A DNA stretch of 39,527 bases, from assembly GCF_006345805.1 (NCBI RefSeq), contig NW_021829873.1, positions 1 through 39,527 of the forward strand. Direction: 5' to 3'. The notes under the pieces were generated by a model. It searched no databases. It had not been told where the DNA came from and worked only from the letters and a program-made list of their open reading frames with translations. Made by a program: the position numbers and the translations under genes. Below, piece after piece: positions 24,329 through 38,588 of this stretch (positions within the stretch are counted from its first letter, which is position 1; every line of letters begins with the position of its first letter). The DNA is from Octopus sinensis (Eukaryota).

Positions 24329-26075
24329 TGGAGCGCCGCCTTTAATCGAGCACATCGTCCGCAGCACATATTCTTTGTAAGCCTAGTATTTATTCTAACT
24401 TGTTCTCTTTTGCCGAACAGCTAAAATACAGGGAGTAAAACACACCTGTATCGGTTAAAAGCATCAACAACTACAGTCAATCGAAGATAATGACCAAACT
24501 GTTTACTCTTATCCACCAGTTCCAACACGGTTTAACAAAAAAGGAGACAAATTGCTTGACTAGATTTGACTGCAAAGCCAGTAACATCTATGGACTTCCC
24601 AAAATCTACAAAAGTTGAGCCAAAAACAAAACCTGTAACAAGTTAACTTCTATAGTCATAAATATTCCACACCCGAGAGATCTCCGAATGAGGCCAATTA
24701 TGGCCGATCCAGGTATGTAGATACGGGGTGCTTAACACTCGCAAATCTGGAGTCACTAAAGGTTCCAGTGAACTTCTTTTCATTTAGAACTTAGGGATCT
24801 GCAAATGTGGGTATCTTAGAGATGCTTAAAGTGTTTGTTGTAGCTGTAATTGTCGCATACAAACATCCGCTCGCACACACGTATACACAGAAATAAAAAC
24901 ATTCACACAAACACAAACACTGAAATGAAAACAGTTACACACCTACACATGCACACACACAAATAGAAATGAAAATAGTCACACACAAACATACGCACCC
25001 ACACACAGAAATGAAAACGCAGTTACACATCCACACATAGAACCCTAACTAGCATAAACATACAATTTATTCAGAATGTAGAGGGGCATTGGGTGCTTTG
25101 CACTCGCAGTTAGAATATCAGCTCCCTCCACGCCATTATTAGAATTTCTGTCATCCACTTGTGAAATTAATACATTGACGACACATGGGAAAAATATGAG
25201 CAACATCTGAAGCCACTAAAGGTGCAATAAATTGAACTTATTTTGATTTAGTAGTTAGTGATCTCAAATGTGGGTATCTTACAAATGGTCAATGTGTTTG
25301 TTGTAGTTGTAAGTGTCGCACACACACAAATAGAAACACTCAGTCGCTCACACACTCGTGCACACAGAAATAAAAACACTCACACACACACACAAACACT
25401 GAAATGAAAATACCCACACTCACATAAATAAAAAGTCCCACACACACAAGGAGCCCCAATAGGTCTATCAAAAAAGTTTCTAGTATATTTCCTAGCCTAT
25501 AATTTATGATAATTGAAATTCTTACGATAAATAAATACCTACTAAATCAGTATATCGAACATTACGTCCCCGTAACTTATCGGTTCTGCAAAAGAGACCT
25601 ATACATTAAGTAATAGGCATACAAAGAATAATTGCTGGGGTTGATTTGCTTCACTAAAGGCGGTGCCCCACCATGGACACAGTGAAATAACTGAAAGAGT
25701 CTAAGAGCGACAAAGCGTATATTACGATAACTACATACTTAAGGGAGATAACTACAAAGTATCTTCTACAGTTACTTCCCTTGAATATTATAATTTGACA
25801 ATAAAAATATATGCGGGGAAATTAACTCTCGGAAGGGAGATCACTAGATTTACTTTCCAGAGTTACTTTCCTTACATATAATTATATTACTTTTAATAAA
25901 TTATAATGAGCAAGAGGAAGTAACTTTCGAATATATTATTCAGACATGACATAGATTTTACGATTTTTTGGAGTTTAACTGCTCTCTCTAGTGAGTCGGA
26001 TGTCCCATTATGGCCATCCCATATATGTTTAAATATCTATACGTATATACATATATCTGTTAATATATACCTATG

Positions 26076-26113
<38 letters not shown>

Positions 26114-27189
26114 CACACACACCTATCTATATACCACGGGCTACTTTCTGTTTCGGTGTACCAAATCTACTCAGAAACGTTGGTCTGTCCGAGGCTATAT
26201 TGGAAGACACTTGCCCATGGGGCCACGTAGTTGGACAGACCCAGAAACACCGTGTTTGGAAAGCAAGCTACGTAGCCACTCTTACTGCTACATATATATA
26301 TATATATATATTATATAATATATATATAATACGACAGTCTTGTTTTAGTTTTCGCCTCCCAAATCCACTCACAAGGCTTTGGTCGGCCCGAGACTATAGC
26401 AGAAGACATTTGCCCAACATGCCACCCAGTGGGACTGAACTCGAAAACATTTGTTAGGTAAGCAAGCTAATTCCCATTCAGACACTACTGTTTGTTAACC
26501 GGACAAGTTCAAGGCGAGACCTAATTGTTTGTATGCAAATGAGTTCATTAATGTGGTCCGGAACTTTCACGGCTGGTTCTTATGAGACGATGCAACCAGC
26601 TTGGGTATAGGTGGACTGTGCTCATACACGCACAAACACTCACACGTCCGCACCCACGAATATAGATACATGCAAAGACGCAATCTCGTACCTATTTATG
26701 TTTCAAATATGTTGACCTTAAAACTGCGACATTCTGGAAACACACGTCCGCACCCAGGCACATAGATACATGCATATACGCAAACTCGTAGGTATTTATG
26801 TTTTAAACATGTTGACCTTTAAACCGCGACATTCTGTGTCTGTTGTGTGCGGCATTTCTGTGAGAATGATTGCTCACGAACCGCAAGTGCTGAGTTCAAA
26901 CCAACAGCGTTGCACTTTCGGCAAGTGTATTCGACTATAGCCTAGGGCCGACCAATGTATTCTGAGTGGAGTTGGTAGAGGGAAACTGAAAGAAGCCGTC
27001 GTATATATGAATATCGACGTAGGAATGGCTGTTGTAAGTAGTTTGCTTACGAACCACATGGTTTCGGGTTCATTCCCACTGCCTGTCATCTTCTGCAATT
27101 GTCTACTATTGTAGCCCAGGGCCTAGCTAATCCTTGTGATGGGATTTAGTGGAAGGAAACTGATAGAATCTCGTCGTATATATGTTTAA

Positions 27190-27227
<38 letters not shown>

Positions 27228-27401
27228 TCGCACTCGAAGGGCACACGAGAATGCACGCACGTACTATCACACATACAGATGCAAGTTTTCTTAATAAAAC
27301 GGAATGAACTCCCATTCCATCCCTTACAGTTTCTTTTTTGTTTTAGATACTACATATACGTGTTGGTATATTCACGTATATCTGGATGTATATGTATAAT
27401 C

Positions 27402-27445
<44 letters not shown>

Positions 27446-28033
27446 GACGCTATATACGACATATAAATACACAAACACATACATGTGTGTGTGTGTATAT
27501 ATATAAGGTGCAATAAATTGACTTATTTTGATTAGTATTTAGTGATCTCAAATGTGGTATCTTACAAATGGTCAAAGTGTTTGTTGTAGTTGTAAGTGTC
27601 GCACACACATAAACAAATAGAAACACTCAGTCGCCCACACACTCGCGCACACAGAAATAAACACACTCTCACACACAAACACTGAAATGAAAATACCCAC
27701 ACTCACATAAATAAAAACAGTCCCACACACACAAGGAGCCGCAATAGGTCTATCAATAAAGTTTCTAGTATTTTTCCTAGCCCATAATTTATGATAATTG
27801 AAATTCTTACAATAAATAAATACCTACTAAATAAGTATATCGAACATTACGTCCCCGTAACTTATCGGTTCTGCAAAAGAGACCTATACATTAAGTAATA
27901 GGCATACAAAGAATAATTGCTGGGGTTGATTTGCTTCACTAAAGGCGGTGCTCCACCATGGTCGCAGTGAAATAACAGAAAGAGTCTCAGAGCGACAAAG
28001 CGTATATTACGATAACTACATACTTAAGGGAGG
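14265..28033. repeat. Macro-tandem array, unit ~4.37-4.39 kb, ~3 copies plus partial sub-duplications
   Basis: Landmarks recur at 17462/21832, 18134/22505, 18774/23144, 19941/24327 and 16331/20700/25088. Partial copies occur at 14727/15457 and 25219/27505. The unit consists of decayed SINE pieces, CA-rich tracts and GGGAAGTAACTCT motifs. Confidence 0.93.
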
Positions 28034-31000
28034 TAATTACGTGGCCCTGAATTACATGCACCTGAATTTCCTGCCCCTTAATTACATGGCCCTGAATTAC
28101 ATGACCCTGTATTGCCTGCCCTATAATTACCTGCACCTGAGTTACATGTCCCTGAATTACATGCACTTGAATTACCTGCCCCTCAATTACCTTCCCCTGA
28201 ATTACATGTCCCTGAATGACATTCCTCTAAATTACCAACCGCTGCATTACCTGCCCCTGGATTACCTTGCCCATGAATTACATGCCCCTGAATTTCCTGC
28301 CCCTGAATTAACTGCCCCTCAATTACCTGCTCCTTAATTACATGGCCCCGAATTACATGGCCCTGATTTACATGCCCCTGTATTACCTGCCTTGAATTAC
28401 CTGCCCCTGAGTTACATGTCCCTGAATTACATGCACCTGAATTACCTGCCCCTCAATTACTTCCCCTGAATTACATGTCCCTGAATTATCTGCCAATGAA
28501 TGACATTCCTCTAAATTACCTGACCCTGAATTACATACACCTGAATTACTGCCCTGAATTACATGCCCCTGAATTATATGCCCCTGAATTACCTGCCCTG
28601 AAATACATACCCCTGAATTACTGGCCCTAAATTACATGCATCTGAATTACTGTCCCTGAATTACAAACACCTGAATTAGATGCCCCTGAATTACCTGCCC
28701 CTCAATTACATGCCTCTTAATTACATGCACATGAATGACCTGACCCTGAATGATATGCCCCTCAATTAACCATCCCTAAATTACCTGCCCCGGAATTACC
28801 TGCCCGTGAATGACATGCCCCTGGATTAACTGCCCCTGAATTACATGCCCCTGAATAACATACACCTGAATTACCTGCCCCTAAATTACATACCCCTGAA
28901 GTACCTGCCCCTGAATTACATGCCTCTTAATTACATGCACCTGAATGACCTGACCCTGAATTATCTATCCCTAAATTACCTGCCCATGAATTACCTGCCC
29001 GTGAATGACATGCCCCTGAATTACCTGAACCTGAATTACCTGCCCCTGAATTACATGCCCCTCAATTACCTGCCTCTGAATTACCTTGCTCTGAATTACA
29101 TGCCCCTGAATGACATGCCTCTGAATTATCTATCCCTAAATTACCAGCCCCTGAATTACCTGCACCTAGATTACCTGCCCCTGAATTACATGCCCCTGAA
29201 TAACCTTTCCTCTGTATTACAAGCCCCTGAATTACATGCCACTGGATTACCTAACCCTAAATGACAATCCTCTAAATTACCTTCCCTGAATTACCCCTGA
29301 ATTACATTCCTCTGAATTACCCACCCATGAATTACACACACCTGAATTACATACACCTGAATTACATGCCCATCAATTACCTGCACCTCAATTACATGCC
29401 CCTGAATTACATGCACCTGAATTACATGCCCCTGAATTAACTGCACCTGAATTACCTGCCCCTGAATTACATGCCCCTCAATTACCTGCCTCTGAATTAC
29501 CTTGCTCTGAATTACAAACACCTGAATTACATGGCCTGAATTACCTGCCACTCAATTACATGCCTCTTAATTACATGCAACTGAATGACCTGCCCCTGAA
29601 TGACATGCCTCTGAATTATCTATCCCTAAATTACCTGCCCGTGAATGACATGCCCCTGAAATACCTGCATCTAGATTACCTGCCCCTGAATTACCTTTCA
29701 TCTGAATTACATGCCCCTGAATTACATACCCCTGAATTACATGCCCCTGGATTACCTACCCCTGAATTACCTGCCCCTGAATTACCTGCCCCTGAATTAC
29801 CTGCCCCTGAATGACATTCCTATAAATTACCTGTCCCTGAATAACCTGCACCTGAATTACCTCACCTGAATTACATACCCGTGAATTACCTGCCCGTGAA
29901 TTACCTGCCCCTAAATTACATGCCCCTGAATTGCCTGCCCCTCAATTACCTGCCCATGAATTACATACACCTGAATTACATGCCCGTGAATTACCTGCCC
30001 CTAAATTACATGCATCTGAATTGCCTGCCCGTGAATTACAAACACCTGAATTACCTGCCCCTCAATTACATGCCTCTTAATTACATGCACCTGAATGACC
30101 TGCCCCTCAATGACATGCCTCTGAATTATCTATCCCTAAATTACCTGCCCGTGAATGACATGCCCCTGAAATACCTGCACCTAAATTACATGCCCCTGAA
30201 TTACCTTTCATCTGAATTACATGCCCCTGAATTACATACCCCTGAATTACCTGCCCCTGAATTACATGCCCATGAATGACATTCCTATAAATTACCTGTC
30301 CCTGAATTACCTTCCTTTGAATTACATTCCTCTGAATACCTGCCCCTGAATTACCTGCAAATGAATGACATTACTCTAAATCACCTGCACCTGGATTACT
30401 TTCCCCTCAATTACCCGGCCCTGAATTACATGCCCGAATTACATGCCCCTGAATTACATGCCCCTGAATTACCTTCCCTGAATGACATACCCCTCAATTA
30501 CCTGCCCATGAATTACATGCACCTGAATTACATGTACCTGAATTACATGCCCCTGAATTACATACACCTGAGTCCCTGATTAACATGCACCTGAATTACC
30601 TGCCCATGAATTACATATACCTGAATTACATGCCCGTGAATTACCTGCCCCAAAATTACATGCCCCTCAATTACCTGCCCATGAACTACGTGCCCCTGAA
30701 CTACCTGCCCCTTAATTACATGCCGCTGGTTTACCTGCCCCTGAATTACCTGCCCCTGAAGTACCTGCCCCTGAATTACCTGCCCCTAAATAACATTGTA
30801 AATACCTGAATTACATGGCCCTGAACTACCTGCCCCTCAATTACATGCCTCTTAATTACATGCCCCTGAACTACCTGCCCCTTAATTACTTGCCGCTGGT
30901 TTACCTGCCCCTGAATTACCTGCACCTAGATTACCTGCCCCTAAATTACATGCCCCTGAATAACCTTTTCTCTGAATTAGAAGCCCCTGAATTACCTGCC

Positions 31001-33535
31001 CTGAATTACATGCCCCTGAATTACCTGACCTTGAATGACATTCCTCTAAATTACCTGTCCCTGTATTACCCCTGAATTACCTGCCCCTGGATTACCTTCC
31101 CCTGAATTACATGCCTCTGGATTACCTAACTCTGAATTACCTGCCCCTGAATGACAATCCTCTAAATTACCCCTGAATTACATGCCCCTGAATTACCTAC
31201 CACTGAATTACATACACCTGAATTACATGCCCATCAATTACCTGCACCTCAATTACCATGCACCTGAATTACATGCCCCTTAATTACTTAACCCTGGATT
31301 ACCTGCCCCTGAATAACCTACACCTGAATAACCTGAACCTGAATTACAAACACCTGAATTACATGGCCCTGAATTACCTGCCCCTCAATTACATGCCTCT
31401 TAATTACATGCACCTGAATGACATGCCTCTGAATTATCTATCCCTAAATTACATACCCCTGAATTACCTGCACCTAGATTACCTGCCCCTGAATTACATG
31501 TCCCTGAATAACCTTTCCTCTGAATTACAAGCCCCTGAATTACATGCCCCTGAATTACCTGCCCATGAATGACATTCCTCTAAATTACCTGTCCCTGAAT
31601 TACCCCTGAATTACCTGCCCCTGGATTACCTTCCCTGAATTACATGCCCCTGGATTAACCAACCCTGAATTACCTGCCCTGAATGACAATCCTCTAAATT
31701 ACCTTTCCTGAATTACATGCCCCTGAATTACATGCACCTCAATTACATGCCCCTAAATTACATGCACCTGAATTACATGCCCCTTAATTACATGCCCCTC
31801 AATTACCTGCCTCTGAATTACCTTGCTCTGAATTACATACCCCTTAATTACTTAACCCTGGATTACCTGCCCCTGAATAACCTACACCTGAATAACCTGA
31901 CCCTGAATTACAAACACCTGAATTACATGGCCCTGAATTACCTGCCCCTCAATTACATGCCTCTTAATTACATGCACATGAATGACCTGCCCCTGAATGA
32001 CATGCCTCTGAATTAAATATCCCTGAATTACCTGCCCGTGAATGACATGCCCCTGAAATACCTGCATCTAGATTACCTGCCCCTGAATTACCTTTCATCT
32101 GAATTACATACCTCTGAATTACCTGCCCCTGAATTACATGCCCATGAATGACATTCCTATAAATTACCTGTCCCTGAATTACCCCTGAATTACATGCCCC
32201 TGAATTACATTCCTCTGAATTACCTGCCCCTGGATTACCTGCCAATGAATGACATTCCTCTAAATCACCTGCACCTGGATTACCTTCCCCTCAATTACCC
32301 GCCCATGAATTACATGCCCCTGAATTACTTTCCCTGAATTACCTTCCCTGAATGACATGCCCCTGAATTACATGCCCCTGAATTACCTGCCCATGAATTA
32401 CATGCACCTGAATTACATGCCCCTGAATTATCTGCCACTGAGTGCCTGAATAACCTGCACCTGAATTACCTGCACCTGAATTACATGCCCGTGAATTACC
32501 TGCCCCTAAATTACATGCCAATGAATTACCTGCCCACGAATTACATACACCTGAATTACATGCCCGTGAATTACCTGCCCCTAAATTACATGCCCCTGAA
32601 TGACATGCCCCTCAATTACCTGCCCTTTAATCCATGCCCCTGGATTACCTGCCCCTGAATTACCTGCCCTTCAATAACATACACCTGAATTACATACCCT
32701 GAAGTACCTGCCCCTAAATTACATGCATCTGAATTACTGCCCTGAATTGCAAACACCTGAATTACATGGCCTCAATTACATGCCTCTTAATTACATGCAC
32801 CTGAATGACCTGCCCCTGAATGACATGCCTCTGAATTATCTATCCCTAAATTACCAGCCCCTGAATTACCTGCCCGTGAATGACATGTCCCTGAATTACC
32901 TGCACCTAGATTACCTGCCCCTGAATTACCTTTCATCTGAATTGATTGCCCCTGAATTACATACCCTGGATTACCTAACCCTGAATTACAAGCCCCTGAA
33001 TTACCTGCCCATGAATGACATTCCTATAAATTACCTGTCCCTGAATTACCCCTGAATTACCTGCCCCTGGATTACCTTCCCCTAAATTACATGCCCCTGA
33101 ATTACCTACCCCTGAATTACATACCCTGAATTACATGCCCCTGAATTACATGCCCCTGAATTACCTGCCCCTGAATTACATGCCCCTCAATTACCTGCCT
33201 CTGAATTACATGCCCCTGAATCACATGCCCCTTAATTACTTAACCCTGGATTACCTACACCTGAATAACCTGACCCTGAATTACCTGCCCCTGAATTACA
33301 TTCCTCCGAGTTACCTGCCCCTTAATTACATGCCCCTGAATTACCTGCCCCTGAGTTACATGTCCCTGAAATACATGCACCTGGATTACCTGCCCCTGAA
33401 TTACATTCCTCTGAATTACCTGCGCCTGGATTACCTGCCTTGAATTACCTTCCCCTGAATTACATGCCCCTGAATTACCTGCCCCTGAATTACCTGCCCC
33501 TGAATTACCTGTCCCTGAATTACATGTCCCTGAAT
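28034..33535. repeat. 15-bp minisatellite, consensus CCCTGAATTAC(A/C)TGC, ~5.5 kb
   Basis: Continuous 15-bp periodicity (roughly 365 units by length) with variant units and small indels. Confidence 0.97.
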
Positions 33536-33548
33536 GTATGAAAATCTA

Positions 33549-34405
33549 TGTATAGACGCATGATGTATGGACGCGTGATGTGTGGACGAGGCTTGTGTGT
33601 ATGGACGCATGATGTGTGAACGAGGCTTGGTTGTTTGGACGCATGATGTGTGAACGAGGCTTGGTTGTTTGGACGCATGATGTGTGAACGAGGCGTGTAT
33701 TAGTGGACGCATGATGTGTGAACGTGGCTTGTTTGTATGGACGCATGATGTGTGAAAGAGGCTTGTTTGTATGGACGCATGATGTATGAACGAGGCATGT
33801 GCGTATGGACGCATGATGGGTGAAGAGGCTTGTTTGTTTGGACGCATGATGTATGAACGAGGCATGTGCGTATGGACGCATGATGTGTGAACGAGGCATG
33901 TTTGTATGGACGCATGATGGGTGAACGAGGCTTGTTTGTATGGACGCATGATGGGTGAACGAGGCTTGTTTGTATGGACGCATGACGGGTGAACGAGGCT
34001 TGTTTGTATGGACGCATGACGGGTGAACGAGGCTTGTTTGTATGGACGCATGATGTGTGAACGAGGCTCGTTTGAATGAACGCATGATGTGTGAACGAGG
34101 CTCGTTTGAATGAAAGCATGATGTGTGAACGAGGCTCGTTTGAATGGACGCATGTTGTGTGAACGAGGCTTGTTTGTGTGGACGCATGATGTGTGAACGA
34201 GACGTGTATGTATGGACGCATGATGTGTGAACGAGGCTTGTTTGTGTGGACGCATGTTGTGTGAACGAGGCTGGTTTTTATGGACGCATGATGTGTGAAC
34301 GAGGCGTGTTTGTATGGACGCATGTGTGAACAAGGCGTGTTTGTATGGACGCATGATGTGTGAACGAGGCGTGTTTGTATGGACGCATGATGTGTGAACG
34401 AGGCT
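33549..34405. repeat. 34-bp minisatellite TGGACGCATGATGTGTGAACGAGGCTTGTTTGTA, ~25 copies
   Basis: The period is read directly from the sequence (e.g. units at 33907 and 33941). Confidence 0.96.
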
Positions 34406-34550
34406 AAACCCAACCCAAAACCTAACCCTAGCCCTAACCCCGACCGTGACTCTAACCCTAACCCTATCCACAACCCCAACCCCAACCCGAACCCTAACCC
34501 CATCCCTAACCAACCCTAACCCTTAACACTAAACCCCTAACCCAACCCCA
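34404..34550. repeat. Degenerate (CCCTAA)n telomere-like tract, interstitial
   Basis: A mix of CCCTAA, CCCCAA, CCCTAG and CCCGAA hexamers. Confidence 0.85.
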
Positions 34551-34564
34551 ATCGTAATGTAATT

Positions 34565-34775
34565 ACATGTAAGGGATGTAACTCTGGAAAATTTTGTACC
34601 TATTTCCCTTGAATATTCTAATTTAATAATAGTAATTTAATTAGATGTAAGGGAGATTTGGAGTTATCTTCCTTCGAAGAGTTACTTACCTCGCATATTA
34701 TAATTTAATAATTAATAATATGCAAGGGGAGTAACTCTACAAAGGGAGATCTTCAAAAGTTACCTCCCTTACATT
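34565..34775. repeat. Block of AGGGAAGTAACTCT motifs in both orientations (homologous to 15286-15450 and 16996-17190)
   Basis: TACATGTAAGGGA.GTAACTCTGGAA.ATTTTGTA is shared with 15286 onward, with several GAGTTACTTCC-type inverse copies. Confidence 0.7.
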
Positions 34776-34860
34776 TTACTACATTACGACTATTATCAAA
34801 ATGTATTATGGAAGCTAATTAACTACTCTACAATATAATATTCAGACGTAACGCATACAC

Positions 34861-35066
34861 TTTTACTCTTGTCCTTGTTTAGTCATTTCACTGTGCCAAT
34901 GCTGGAGCACAGGCTTTTCTAGAGCAAATCGACACTAGGACTTTTATCTACGTCAGTCTAGTATTAATTCTATTGGTCTTCTTTTCCCGAACGGATAAGT
35001 TAATGGAGTGTAAAAAAACACCGACATTGGTTTCAAGCGGTTTTGGGGACACCGAAACATACACAC
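34861..35066 (-). mobile_element. SINE family 1, diverged 3' half
   Basis: Reverse complement of the SINE tail and 3' body (TGCTGGAGCAC...GAGCAAATCGAC). Confidence 0.7.
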
Positions 35067-35121
35067 ATATACATATATATAAATATCTATACGTATATAC
35101 ATGTTTCTCTCTATATATATA

Positions 35122-36970
35122 TTACAGAAACAATACTGCTGTCTTTAGTGTTCCCACTGATATTGACGTAAGAGAAGCAAACGAAGTTGACTCCCAACAC
35201 GAAATCGCAGACATAACCTTCACTGCCACCGACATCGTAGCAGCAATAAATGAGGTCAAACATTACTCTGCTGTAGGCCCTGATAGATTTCCCGCTAGTC
35301 TCCTGAAGGAATGTGATTTCAATTGCAGTTCTGCAACTCTGAACAGTTCAACTTGCAGTCCCTCTGACCAACCTCTGGAAAAATTCGTTAGATGCAGAAT
35401 ATATACCAAAACAGTTTCTATCCCAGTCAGTCATCCCGGTTTTCAAACAGGGAAACAGATCCCTCGCACTCAACTATCACCCAATCTCACTCACCTCCCA
35501 CATCATCAAAGTGTTTGAAAGAGTGTTAAGATCAAGGATGGCTGACTTCCTGGAGACCCAGAAACTCCTAAATGCAAATCAACATGGCTTTCGCTGTGGC
35601 AGGGACTGTCTAACATAGCTCTTACACCACATTGAAGATGTACTCAAAGCCTTGGGAACAGGTTCGAACTCTGATGTCATATATCTTGACTTCAGTAAAG
35701 CGTTCGACAGGGTCGACCATAATATCCTACTCTCAAAATTGGCAAATGTTGGAATCAGTGGAAAAGTTCTACACTAGATCAAGTATTTCCTGGCGAATAA
35801 AACACAACATGTTGTAGTTGATGGAGTCCACTCAAGCCAAGCAAAAGTCACCAGCGGTGTCCCTCAGGGGACTGTCTTGGGTCCGCTACTCTTCATAATC
35901 TACATAAACGACCTTTCCAGTGTCGTACATTACTGCAAAGTGAAAATATTTGCTGATGACACCAAGCTCCAGCAAATCGTCAAAGAAGCAGACCGAACTC
36001 AACTCCAGTCTGATCTATATGATGTGAGTCAATGGGCAGACAGAAACAAAATGCAACTGAACGAGGGGAAAATTTGAGCTGATGCATTTTGGAAGAAACT
36101 CCTCACTAAAAAAGCTATACTCTCTTCCTTCAGGGGAACCGCTCACAGCCTCTAACAATATCAGAGACCTGGGTGTAATTGTTGATGACGATCTCAGTTG
36201 GAGTGCACACATCGACAAGAAGGTCGATATAGCTCGTAGGATGAGTTCCTGGATCTTAAGGACTTTCCGGTCCAGAGAAAAAGGTGTCATCATACCACTT
36301 TTTTCCTCCTTTGTACGGCCACACCTTGAATACTGCTGCCCACTGTGGTCTCCTCACAAAAGGCAAAACATTTCCAGAATTGAGTCACCCCAGAGGGCAT
36401 TCACTAAACGAATTGAAGGCGTGGCGTGCTCTCAATTATTGGGATCGCCTTAAAGCCTTGAAACTTTACTCCCTCCAGCGTCGCCGTGAGCGGTACATCA
36501 TTTGTACGATGTGGAAAATATACCGCCAACTATGCCCAAACGACCTAAACATTAGCTTCAAGGTTCATCCAAGACTTGGACCACGGGCTATACGTCCCCT
36601 GCCCAATTCAAGATCACAACATACATGTACACTGCAACATAATTTCTTTTCCTCAACAGGCCCTGCCCTATTTAACATTGTCCCGAGAGAGATCAAAGAG
36701 GAAAAGGATCCCATCAACTTCAAACAGAGTCTGGATAGATTCCTTCAAAGAATACCAGATAAGCCACCCATAATTGGATACAACTCACCCAACAAGAACT
36801 CACTACTTGAACAAAACTGGATACAACTCACTCAACAAGAACTCACTACTTGAACAAAACTAGACTTAAACAAAACTTGACTTAAACAGGAGTCGAATAA
36901 TCCTATCAGGTGGTGCAATTAAGTTAGACATGGCCTGGACCAATCTTTGGTCGAAAAATATCTAAGTTTA
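35122..36970 (+). mobile_element. CR1-type LINE (second family), copy B, longer at the 5' end, with stops and frameshifts
   Basis: SAVGPDRFP, VIPVFK, NYHPISLTSHIIKVFER, QHGFR, YLDFSKAFDRVDH, SGVPQGTVLGPLLF and FADD. 35791-36970 closely matches 12726-13894. Confidence 0.93.
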
Positions 36971-36986
36971 TATATATCTGACATAT

Positions 36987-37054
<68 letters not shown>

Positions 37055-37544
37055 TATTATAAAAGGCAGATTTTATCTGCCTCCCTTTGTATCTTATAGA
37101 AATCTACAATATAGGATTTCTTCAATTACAGTTTACCTAGCATTTTTAAGAGTAGAATGCATCGGGTCATGCCAGGTCCAGTTTTTAAAATTTAAACTCC
37201 AATTAAGCAAAATTTACAGAAAACTCACATTCTGGTGTGTATGTCAAATGCTTTTCTTAGTCTGGTTTACAGCACACGCAAACGCACACACACAGTGTGC
37301 TACGAATAAAGTGAAAGTAATTCAGTGTGTTGACAGGTAGACAATAGAATGCGGTGACGATGTAATATTTGTTTCTGTCTATGACGCTGATAGATACATG
37401 AGTAAAATGTATGGGAAGCTAATAGATAAGAGTGAGTGAAAATGTTCTTGGAAGAGAGTAAATAGCGAGAGAGAGTGATTTGAGGAAGACTTTACATTAA
37501 ATAACCGTAGTGGCTTGTGTTAGTAATAAAGTAAACATACACTC

Positions 37545-37726
37545 ATACATACATACATACATACATACATACACACACACATACACACACATACATACAC
37601 ACACACATACATACATACATACATACACACATACATACATACATACATACATATACATACATACATACATACATATACATACATACATATACATACATAC
37701 ATACACACACACATACACACACACAC
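37545..37726. repeat. (CATA)n/(CA)n compound microsatellite
   Basis: Read directly from the sequence. Confidence 0.9.
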
Positions 37727-37980
37727 AGTATTGAAGCTTCAGAACAATCAGATACATTTGCAACACATCTGTTGAAAAATATTATTGTTCACACACATAC
37801 ATATACATATATACATACAGACAGACAGACAGATAGACACACACACACACACACACACACATGATCCAGCATGGCCACAACCTCAAGGCTGAAACATATA
37901 AAAGAATAACAGAATATAAATGTGTGCATGTGTGTGAGAGAGAGAGAGTGTGTGTGTATGTGTATGTATGTATATATATA

Positions 37981-38570
37981 TAATAATGCGGTTTTTTCAA
38001 CAGCTTGAACTAAAAGTCAGAGGGGAATGGGATAAACTACTTATATTAACTTGCTATAAAAGCAGGTAGTAATTTTATCTTGTCCTTATTCATAGTGCAA
38101 GTTTTGAAGAGTGCATTTCAATTTTAACAGCTATTTTTTTCAAAGCTATGTTGGAAGTAACAAAGGAGCATATTTAGCATATTTTGCTTTATGAGTTCAA
38201 TAAAGACAACAACGCAACGGAAAGTACAAGAAATATTAATGCAGTATATGGGGATTGGACAATAAGCGTAAGGCAGTGTCAATGGTGGTTCCAGAAATTC
38301 CGAGCCATAAACTACAGCCTAGAAGACGAGCCTCATCCTGAAAGATCTGTAGAACTCGACAAGGACATCCTGAAAACCCTGGAACAAAATCTCATCGTAA
38401 CTATTGAGGAACTAGCAGAGAAGCTTGGATTTGGTCATTCAACCATTCATTGAGACCTGTGTGCTATCGGAAAAGTCAGCAAATTGGGTCAATGGGTTCC
38501 TCACGAACTTTCCGAGTATAATTGCATGCAGAGAGTGAATGTATGCTTTTCTTTGCTGTCACATCTCACC
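37981..38570 (+). pseudogene. Mariner transposon 5' fragment (transposase N-terminal HTH region, from 38148)
   Basis: MLEVTKEHI*HILLYEFNK..NATESTRNINAVYG...WFQKFR...LEDEP...ELAEKLG....TIH*...GKVSKLGQWVPHEL. The WVPHEL linker is at 38493-38510. The fragment stops before the DD34D catalytic domain. Confidence 0.92.
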
Positions 38571-38588
38571 ACTACCGCGCTATGTATA

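Noticed and set aside
27948-33443. ORFs encoding LNYMP/LNYLP, PELHA or GHVIQ pentapeptide repeats
   Set aside because: These are translations of the 15-bp satellite. Frequent 1-bp indels break the frame and there is no unique coding sequence.
33549-34405. CRISPR-like periodicity
   Set aside because: The units are contiguous with no unique spacers, there are no cas genes, and the context is eukaryotic.
33431-34513. 360-, 267- and 213-aa minus-strand repetitive ORFs
   Set aside because: A 34-bp unit lacking stops on that strand opens all three frames, so these are satellite artefacts.
34404-34550. True chromosome end
   Set aside because: The tract is short, degenerate and flanked by non-telomeric sequence on both sides.
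38148-38570. Domesticated SETMAR-like gene
   Set aside because: It has in-frame stops, no SET domain and no catalytic domain.
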